Origin: Eubacteriales bacterium
Lineage (GTDB): Bacteria; Bacillota; Clostridia; Oscillospirales; CAG-272
Direction: 5' to 3'
Assembly (NCBI GenBank): GCA_045596865.1
Contig: JAZODF010000077.1
Location: 4,589 to 68,588, forward strand
DNA: 64,000 nt
A program made the position numbers and the translations under genes. Under the pieces are notes generated by a model, which made no database searches, had not been told where the DNA came from, and saw nothing but the letters and a program-made list of their open reading frames with translations. Shown here one piece after another: positions 57,312 through 64,000 of the stretch (position 1 is the first letter of the stretch; every line of letters begins with the position of its first letter).

Positions 57312-58478
57312 TTAGTAAGTCCCCTTGATTTTGCTGATTTCTTCGTTGGCGAGCCTGCGTGCCTCTCGGTCGGCAGAGATAATGCCGTCGAGATCGCGGG
57401 TGGTTTTATGCTCCTCCATACGGGAGAAGGTGTTGATGACGGTATCAAAAATGTCGGTGAAGCCGATTTCCCCGTCAAGGAAGGCGGCGACGGCGACCTC
57501 GTCCGCGGCGTTCATAATCGCGGGCATAGCACCCCCGAGGGTTATCGCCCGCTCGGCAAGGTCAAGGAACGGGAATGCGGCGCGGTCGGGTGCGGCGAAG
57601 GTGAGGCTGCCGATCTTCGTGAGGTCGAGGGGCGCGGACGCGCTCGGCTCACGGTGGGGGTAATCCACCGCGTACTGAACGCACATGCGCATATCCGGTA
57701 CGGAAAACTCGCCCACGACGCTGTTATCAATATATTCGACGGCGGAGTGCAGTATGCTCTCACGGTGTATTGTGACCTTAATACGGTCGGGTGATACCGA
57801 GAAGAGGTGGACCGCCTCGATAAGCTCAAAGCCCTTGTTCATAAGAGTTGCCGAGTCGACGGTGATTTTACGACCCATTTTCCAGGTCGGGTGGGCGAGC
57901 GCGTCGGCGAGGGTGACGGTGGCGAGCCGCTCACGCGAATAGCCGTAGAAGGGGCCGCCCGATGCGGTGAGGATGATGGATTTGACCTCACCGTGGTTAC
58001 CCGATTTCAGGGATTGGAAGATCGCGGAATGCTCGCTGTCGACGGGTATAATTTCAACGTCCCGATCGCGTGCGCGGGACATAACGATATCGCCCGCGAT
58101 GACAAGGCTCTCCTTATTTGCGAGGGCGAGGCGCTTGCCCGCGTCGATGACGGCGAGAGAGGGGAGGAGCCCCGCCTCACCGAGGATGGAGTTGACGACG
58201 GTGTCGGCGCGGGTTTCGGAAATGGCGGCGAGCATCGCCGCCTCGCCCGCATAGACGCGCACGGGGGTATCGGCGAGGGCGGTGGCAAGTGCCCTGCCCG
58301 CCTGCTCGTCGGCCATGGCGACGGCGCGGGGATGAAGCTCACGCGCGGCGGCCTCGATAGCGGCGACGTCGCGGTTGGCACTCAGAAGGTCGACCGAGTA
58401 GCCGCGGGAGCGGACGACGTCAAGTGCCTGCATTCCGACGGAGCCCGTGGCACCGAGTATTGAAACGGTTTTAGACAT
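57312..58478 (-). CDS. dxr: 1-deoxy-D-xylulose-5-phosphate reductoisomerase
   Basis: ILGATGSVG, LANKESLV, PVDSEHSAIFQ, TASGGPF and HPTWKMGRKITVDSATLMNKG motifs. GGAGG RBS before ATG 58478. Confidence 0.97.
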   Translation of the reverse strand: MSKTVSILGATGSVGMQALDVVRSRGYSVDLLSANRDVAAIEAAARELHPRAVAMADEQAGRALATALADTPVRVYAGEAAMLAAISETRADTVVNSILGEAGLLPSLAVIDAGKRLALANKESLVIAGDIVMSRARDRDVEIIPVDSEHSAIFQSLKSGNHGEVKSIILTASGGPFYGYSRERLATVTLADALAHPTWKMGRKITVDSATLMNKGFELIEAVHLFSVSPDRIKVTIHRESILHSAVEYIDNSVVGEFSVPDMRMCVQYAVDYPHREPSASAPLDLTKIGSLTFAAPDRAAFPFLDLAERAITLGGAMPAIMNAADEVAVAAFLDGEIGFTDIFDTVINTFSRMEEHKTTRDLDGIISADREARRLANEEISKIKGTY

Positions 58479-58639
58479 AATTGTCCCTCCGATGGTTTTC
58501 ACATTTAGCGGGCAAAAATCGCCGCGGTGTACGCGGCGATTTTGCCGTGGTGGCGCAGCCACCGAATATGCTGACGTGCAGCGGTAATTCCCTTCCCTCT
58601 CGTGGGTCGGGTGTTATTGACGAATTAACGGGTCGGGTG

Positions 58640-59482
58640 TCAGACGAGCGCGAACGGCGGGAAGAGGATGCAGATGACCATAAGCACGGGCGACACGATA
58701 AGGATGGAGTCGAAGCGATCCATAATTCCGCCGTGGCCGGGGAGGATGGCGGAATAATCCTTGACCCCGTGCTCACGCTTGATGAGCGAGGCAAAGAGGT
58801 CGCCAATCTGCGAGATGACCGAGATAAAGAGGCCCGAAAGACAGAGGACGAGGTAGTTTGCATCGAGGTCGGAGATCGCCTCGATAATCAGGCCGTAGAC
58901 CGCGAATGCGGCAACGGTAAAGAGTATGCCGCCGACGGAGCCCTCAACGGTCTTTTTCGGGGATAGCTCGGGTGCGAGCTTATGCTTACCGAAAAGGCGG
59001 CCGGTGAAGTAGGCAAAGCTGTCACAGACCCACGCGCCGATGAATATCATCTCGAAGAGATAGACGCCGTTGCTCATATAGCGAAGCAGGGACATCGAGG
59101 TAAAGGACACGGTGGCGTAGGTGACGGCGGTGAATATTTTGGCAATATCGGTGTAGGTCGCATTGCCGCGGGACAGGACCGCGTAGGCGGCGAGGTACAA
59201 GAGATATGCAAACACGGCGAGTGCGACGATGAGAAGGTAGGTACCCTGCTTTTCCGACGGGAAAAACAGCGGGTAGGAGAAGAAGGGCAGGCAGGCCGAG
59301 AGTATATAGGTGGGAATTGCAATGGCGAGCCGCTTATGCATTCCGAAGACGCGAAGAAGCTCCCAGCAGGCAAGGGTAGCAAGGAGGGCAAGCGCAATCG
59401 GGTAAATTATATAGTCAGAGAATATCAAGAGCGGCAGGCCGAGGACGGCAATGCCGAGTGCGGTGAGCAATCTAACCTTCAT
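58640..59482 (-). CDS. cdsA: Phosphatidate cytidylyltransferase
   Basis: DSFAYFTG, SPKKTVEG, GDLFASLIKR and PGHGGIMDRFDS motifs. Confidence 0.95.
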   Translation of the reverse strand: MKVRLLTALGIAVLGLPLLIFSDYIIYPIALALLATLACWELLRVFGMHKRLAIAIPTYILSACLPFFSYPLFFPSEKQGTYLLIVALAVFAYLLYLAAYAVLSRGNATYTDIAKIFTAVTYATVSFTSMSLLRYMSNGVYLFEMIFIGAWVCDSFAYFTGRLFGKHKLAPELSPKKTVEGSVGGILFTVAAFAVYGLIIEAISDLDANYLVLCLSGLFISVISQIGDLFASLIKREHGVKDYSAILPGHGGIMDRFDSILIVSPVLMVICILFPPFALV

Positions 59483-59562
59483 TTTTGGTACCTTCTTTTA
59501 GCGGTGGATAAATGCGGGGTTCCCGCGGGAGACGTCTTCACATTTCCCGCGGGACAAAAACA

Positions 59563-60300
59563 TTATTCCGCGTCCTCGGGGTCAAGACCGCCGAAGCGAC
59601 GCTTTCTTTTGTAAAACTCCTCGACCGCACGGATCATCTCGTCGCGGTTGAAGTCCGGCCAGAGGGTATCCGTGACGTAATACTCGGAATACGCCCCCTG
59701 CCATATAAGGAAATTGGACACGCGAAGATCGCCGCCCGTACGGATGATGAGGTCGGGATCGGGCGAATCACAGGTATAGAGGTGGCGCTGAATGTCCGCC
59801 TCGGTTATCGGGGAGCAGCCCTCGGCAATGGCGGCGTTGACCGCGTGGACGATCTCATCCCTGCCGCCGTAGTTAAGTGCAAGGTTGCAGACGAAGGGGC
59901 GGTTTTTTGCCATTTCCTCAATTTCGATGCACTTATTACGCAGCTTCTCAGAGAGGACGGATTTGTCGCCGAGGAAGCGCATTGAAAAGTCCTTGTCGGT
60001 CTTTATCTTCTCTATAACGACCTCGTCGAGGTATTTATAGATGAGATCCATAAGCATATCAACCTCCTCCCTCGGCCGTTTCCAATTCTCGGTCGAGAAG
60101 GCGTAGAGGGTGATATGGTGCACGCCCATGGTGCGGAAGTCCTCGAGAATCTTCTGGATGATCTTCGCACCCGCGACGTGGCCGGCAGTACGCGGCAGCA
60201 TACGCTTTTTCGCCCATCTGCCGTTACCGTCCATTATGATACCGATCGACTGCAGGCGCGAGTCAACGGTGGGAAGGGCCTTTTCTGCCTTTGCCATCAT
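59563..60300 (-). CDS. uppS: Undecaprenyl diphosphate synthase
   Basis: IMDGNGRWA, YAFSTENWKRP, NYGGRDEI and IRTGGDLRVSNFLIWQ motifs. Confidence 0.96.
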   Translation of the reverse strand: MMAKAEKALPTVDSRLQSIGIIMDGNGRWAKKRMLPRTAGHVAGAKIIQKILEDFRTMGVHHITLYAFSTENWKRPREEVDMLMDLIYKYLDEVVIEKIKTDKDFSMRFLGDKSVLSEKLRNKCIEIEEMAKNRPFVCNLALNYGGRDEIVHAVNAAIAEGCSPITEADIQRHLYTCDSPDPDLIIRTGGDLRVSNFLIWQGAYSEYYVTDTLWPDFNRDEMIRAVEEFYKRKRRFGGLDPEDAE

Positions 60301-60854
60301 CAGATCTCCATGATTTCCTTGGTCTTAGCCGCGGTGATGCCGTCGATCTCCTTGATGTACTTATCGGTGAGGTCCTGGACCGCCTTATCGGAGGACTTAG
60401 CCTCATCCTCGGTCATGGTGGAATCCTTCTTCATTGCCTTGATCTTATCGTTTGCGTCGCGGCGAATGTTACGGATAGCGACCTTCGCATCCTCGCCCAT
60501 CTTGGAGATTTGCTTGGAGAGGTCGCGGCGGCGCTCCTCGGTCATCGGGGGGAAGGAGAGGCGGATCGCCGAGCCGTCGTTCTGAGGATTGATGCCGAGG
60601 TCGGAGGTGAGGATAGCCTTCTCAATGCCCTTCATTGCCGACTTGTCCCACGCGGTGATAACGATGGTGCGAGCGTCGGTAACCTTGATCTCCGCGATGG
60701 AGGAGATGGGGGTGGGAGAGCCGTAGTAATCTACCTGTATTTTCTTGAGAACGTCGGGATTTGCCCTACCCGCGCGGATGGTGGAGAGGTTGTCGGCGTA
60801 TGCGGCAACGCTCTTCTGCATTTTTACTTCGTATTCTCTGGTATCGAGCTTCAT
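60300..60854 (-). CDS. frr: Ribosome recycling factor
   Basis: IRAGRANP, VDYYG, LGINPQNDG, TEERR and AIRNIRRDAN motifs. Confidence 0.97.
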   Translation of the reverse strand: MKLDTREYEVKMQKSVAAYADNLSTIRAGRANPDVLKKIQVDYYGSPTPISSIAEIKVTDARTIVITAWDKSAMKGIEKAILTSDLGINPQNDGSAIRLSFPPMTEERRRDLSKQISKMGEDAKVAIRNIRRDANDKIKAMKKDSTMTEDEAKSSDKAVQDLTDKYIKEIDGITAAKTKEIMEI

Positions 60855-60884
60855 AGTAATTCTCCTTTGTTTATGTAAAATTTA

Positions 60885-61583
60885 TTATTCAGCGGTGATA
60901 ACGGTGCCGGGGGTCACGCCCTCGATAGCGCCGATGATGTCCTCGGGGCACTTAAGTCCGAAGACGCGGATGGGCATTCCCGTCGAAAGACAGAACGCGG
61001 TTGCGGTGGCGTCGATCGCCCCAAGGTTCATTGCGAGGACCTCGGATGCCTTGACGGTTTCGAGGCGCTTAGCCTCGGGGTTCTTGCGGGGGTCGTCGGT
61101 GTAGATGTAGTCGACGTTCTTTGCCATGAGCATAGCGTCTGCCCCGATCTCGGCAGAGCGGACGGCGCCCGCGGTATCGGTGGAGAGGAACGGGATTCCG
61201 AGGCCGCCGCCAAAGACGACGACGTGGCCACTCTCGAGGTATTCAACAGCCTTTTCGGCCGTGTAGGGCTCGGCGAAGGGGGACATCGGCACGGAGGTGA
61301 GCACCACGGCGGGTGCGCCCGCGCGCTCGACGGCGTCCTTGATGCAGATGGCGTTGATGACGGTGGCGAGCATGCCCATACGGTCGGCGGCGGTGCGGTC
61401 CATTTCCCCGCCCTGTCTGCCACGCCAGATGTTACCCGCGCCGACGACAACGGCGAGCTGATAGCCCTTGTCGGTACAGCTCTTCAAGGCGGCGGCAACG
61501 CGGTCAACGAATTCGATATCATAGATATCGCCCGAGCCGTTTGCGAGTGCCTCACCGGATAATTTCAGTACAATTCTATTCAT
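60885..61583 (-). CDS. pyrH: UMP kinase
   Basis: LKLSGEAL, GAGNIWRG, DRMGMLATVIN, STDTAG and YTDDPRKNP motifs. Confidence 0.95.
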   Translation of the reverse strand: MNRIVLKLSGEALANGSGDIYDIEFVDRVAAALKSCTDKGYQLAVVVGAGNIWRGRQGGEMDRTAADRMGMLATVINAICIKDAVERAGAPAVVLTSVPMSPFAEPYTAEKAVEYLESGHVVVFGGGLGIPFLSTDTAGAVRSAEIGADAMLMAKNVDYIYTDDPRKNPEAKRLETVKASEVLAMNLGAIDATATAFCLSTGMPIRVFGLKCPEDIIGAIEGVTPGTVITAE

Positions 61584-62095
61584 TTTTCCTCCTCTTTCCG
61601 ATCGGGGATAGCGTCACGGAAGGTCTTTTCATTTATTTCGGTAAGATAGGAGATGTCCTCGTCGGTGACGTCGATGCCGAAGGCGGCACAGGTCATGCGA
61701 TAGACGAGAGGGTTGGGGTGATAGACGGCGCTGTCCCAGAGGTACAGGTCCTCACCGCCGAGGTAGCGGATGATGGCCGCGGCCATGCCCGCGCTACGCG
61801 ATTCGCCGTAGTCGCAGACGACGTAGAGCGAGGTGACGGAGATATTTGCCTCCACGCTACGGACGAGGGAGGCGACGCGAGATGCCATCTCGTCGGTATA
61901 GGCGTAGGGGTCGGCGGGGTCGATGACGTCGTCGTAGTTAAGGACGAGGCAGTCAAAGAATTTTTCGATATATTTCCACCGCGGCTCGGCCGAGGTGGAC
62001 AGGATGATCACCGATGTGTCGGCGTCGGTGACGACGCCCTCGTCGATGTCATAGATGAGCCGTTTAAGCCCGGAAACGATTACTTCACCGGTCAT
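61580..62095 (-). CDS. Predicted Cys-based (CX5R) protein tyrosine/dual-specificity phosphatase-like protein
   Basis: VVCDYGESRSAG P-loop and later HPNPLVY. ATGA overlap with pyrH. Confidence 0.65.
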   Translation of the reverse strand: MTGEVIVSGLKRLIYDIDEGVVTDADTSVIILSTSAEPRWKYIEKFFDCLVLNYDDVIDPADPYAYTDEMASRVASLVRSVEANISVTSLYVVCDYGESRSAGMAAAIIRYLGGEDLYLWDSAVYHPNPLVYRMTCAAFGIDVTDEDISYLTEINEKTFRDAIPDRKEEEK

Positions 62096-62108
62096 TGTTC
62101 CCTCCCGC

Positions 62109-63056
62109 TCACTTCTTAAGCGCGATGGCGGCGAGAGCCTTTTTCACGACGTTTTCGGCGGTGAGGCCGTAGATTTCAAGCAGCTCGGGCACCTTGCCGC
62201 TCTGGCCGTACTGATCCTCGACGCCGACGCGGAGGACGGGGACGGGATATTCGGCACCGACGGCCTCGCAGACGGCGGAGCCGAGTCCGCCGATAACGCT
62301 ATGCTCCTCGGCGGTGACGAGGGCGCCGCTACGCTTAGCGGCGGCGACGATGAGGTCGGTATCAAGCGGCTTGACGGTATGGATATTGATGACGCCCGCG
62401 TCGATGCCCTGTGCGGCGAGGAGGTCCGCCGCCTCGACGGCGAGGTGGACCATATAGCCCGTGGCGACGATGGTGACGTCCTTGCCCTCACGGTAGGTGA
62501 CGCCCTTGCCAAGCTCGAAATGATAGTCCGGGACGAGCTCGGGGGTGAGGTTGGGCACGGCGAATCTGCCGAAGCGGAGATAGACGGGACCCTCGTAGAG
62601 GATTGCCGCCTCGACAGCGGCGAATGCCTCGGTCGCGTCTGCGGGGCAGACGACGGTCATGCCGGGGATGGTGCGCATAAGCGCGAGGTCCTCGTTACAC
62701 TGGTGGGTGGCGCCGTCCTCACCAACGGTGATGCCCGCGTGGGTTGCGCCGATCTTTACGTTAAGGTGGGGGTAGCCGATGGAGTTGCGGACCTGCTCAT
62801 ACGCCCTGCCCGCCGCGAACATTGCGAAGGTGGAGGCGAAGACGGTGCGACCCGTGGAGGCGATGCCCGCCGCGACGCTCATCATATTTCCCTCGGCAAT
62901 TCCGCAATCGAAGAAGCGATCGGGATACGCCTTCTTGAAGCCGCCCGTCTTCGTCGCGGCGGCAAGGTCGGCGTCGAGGACGAGGTAGTCGTATTTTTCG
63001 CCAAGGGCGACGAGTGCCGCACCGTAGCTTTCTCTCGTTGCTTTCTTATCTGCCAT
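62109..63056 (-). CDS. Transketolase, C-terminal subunit
   Basis: ATRESYG, GIAEGNM, RAYEQVRN, GEDGATHQ and EEHSVIGGLG motifs. Confidence 0.93.
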   Translation of the reverse strand: MADKKATRESYGAALVALGEKYDYLVLDADLAAATKTGGFKKAYPDRFFDCGIAEGNMMSVAAGIASTGRTVFASTFAMFAAGRAYEQVRNSIGYPHLNVKIGATHAGITVGEDGATHQCNEDLALMRTIPGMTVVCPADATEAFAAVEAAILYEGPVYLRFGRFAVPNLTPELVPDYHFELGKGVTYREGKDVTIVATGYMVHLAVEAADLLAAQGIDAGVINIHTVKPLDTDLIVAAAKRSGALVTAEEHSVIGGLGSAVCEAVGAEYPVPVLRVGVEDQYGQSGKVPELLEIYGLTAENVVKKALAAIALKK

Positions 63057-63066
63057 TTCGTTCACC

Positions 63067-63906
63067 TCAATTCAAGCTTTCTTCAATAGCGGTAAGGTCG
63101 GCGATAGCGACGCGGTAGAGGTCCTCCTTGGGAGCCTGACCGTGCCACTCGCAGGCGTTTTCCATATACGAAACGCCCTTACCCTTGGTGGATTTCGCAA
63201 TAATTACGGTGGGCTTGCCCTTGACGGTGCGAGCCTCGGCAAACGCCGCCTCAAGCTGAAGAAAATCGTGTGCGTCGACCGTAATGACGTGCCAGCCGAA
63301 TGCCTCAAACTTCTTATCGTGGGGGGTGGGATTCATAACCTCGGTGATGGGGCCGTCGATCTGCAGGCCGTTCCAGTCGAGGATAGCGACGAGGTTATCG
63401 AGCTTGTAATGGGCGGCGAGCATAGCGGCCTCCCAGACCTGTCCCTCCTCACTCTCACCGTCGCCGAGGACGGTATAGACGCGGTAATCCTTGCCACCGA
63501 CCTTACCCGAAAGGGCCATGCCGCAGGCGGCGGAGATGCCAAGACCGAGCGAGCCCGTGGACATATCGACGCCGGGGACGCCCTTCATATCCGGGTGACC
63601 CTGCAGGCGGGAGCCGGTTTTACGGAGAGTTTTGAGCTCCTCCTTCGGGAAAAAGCCGCGCTCGGCAAGCGTCGAATAGAGCGCGGGGGCGGTATGCCCC
63701 TTCGACAGGACGAAGCGGTCGCGGTCCTGCCATTTGGGATCGGCGGGGTTGACGTTCATCTCCTCGAAATAGAGGTAGGTCAACACGTCGGCTATAGAGA
63801 GCGAGCCACCGGGATGGCCGCAGCCGGCGTTATAGACCGCCTCGATTATTCCGAAGCGGATGGAGTTTGCGAGTTTTTTCAGTTCAAGGTGCCGTTTGTT
63901 ATCCAT
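63067..63906 (-). CDS. Transketolase, N-terminal (TPP-binding) subunit
   Basis: GHPGGSLS, DRFVLSKGH, LQGHP, STGSLG and GDGESEEGQVWEA motifs. GGAGG RBS before ATG 63906. Confidence 0.93.
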   Translation of the reverse strand: MDNKRHLELKKLANSIRFGIIEAVYNAGCGHPGGSLSIADVLTYLYFEEMNVNPADPKWQDRDRFVLSKGHTAPALYSTLAERGFFPKEELKTLRKTGSRLQGHPDMKGVPGVDMSTGSLGLGISAACGMALSGKVGGKDYRVYTVLGDGESEEGQVWEAAMLAAHYKLDNLVAILDWNGLQIDGPITEVMNPTPHDKKFEAFGWHVITVDAHDFLQLEAAFAEARTVKGKPTVIIAKSTKGKGVSYMENACEWHGQAPKEDLYRVAIADLTAIEESLN

Positions 63907-63949
63907 GTTTCCTCCACGCACGCGCAAAACGCGCATAATATACGCTAAT

Positions 63950-63978
63950 ATTTTACTACACCGCGGGCGAAAAGTCAA
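63950..63978 (-). promoter_or_regulatory. sigmaA-type promoter heading the tkt...polC gene run
   Basis: Minus strand TTGACT-N17-TAAAAT. Confidence 0.65.
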
Positions 63979-64000
63979 TATTTTTTGCGCGCGACGGCAT

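Overview
A 64-kb GC-rich chromosomal segment from a Clostridia-type (Bacillota) bacterium. The assignment rests on PolC, sigmaA-type promoters, candidate sporulation-sigma promoters and Clostridial gene orders. Most of the window is housekeeping and nutrient uptake. From left to right it carries a truncated secreted protein, a DUF4011-type SF1 helicase with a Vsr-like C-terminus, a GH20 hexosaminidase broken by one in-frame TAA, yajC, pdxK, murA, several peptidases and a liv branched-chain amino acid ABC operon. It continues with a 13-kb seven-gene carbohydrate uptake operon (giant solute-binding protein, four permeases, NHL/YIP1 protein, DUF5696-like protein), iscS-iscU-mnmA, a ROK kinase, a lipoprotein M3 peptidase, an ABC exporter, and the run tkt-pyrH-frr-uppS-cdsA-dxr-rseP-ispG-polC. 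I found no rRNA, tRNA, CRISPR array, transposase or prophage. The best-supported unexpected signal is an unannotated 33-codon Leu/Ile/Val-rich leader peptide plus terminator between the liv promoter and the first liv gene, which looks like a ribosome-dependent attenuator where a T-box would be expected. Other notable items are a nested 200-bp tandem hairpin repeat, a structured 5' leader and phased operator-like sites for the sugar operon, and a recurring TGTAAAT-N4-ATTTACA palindrome. Family names come from motif recognition, not from database searches.
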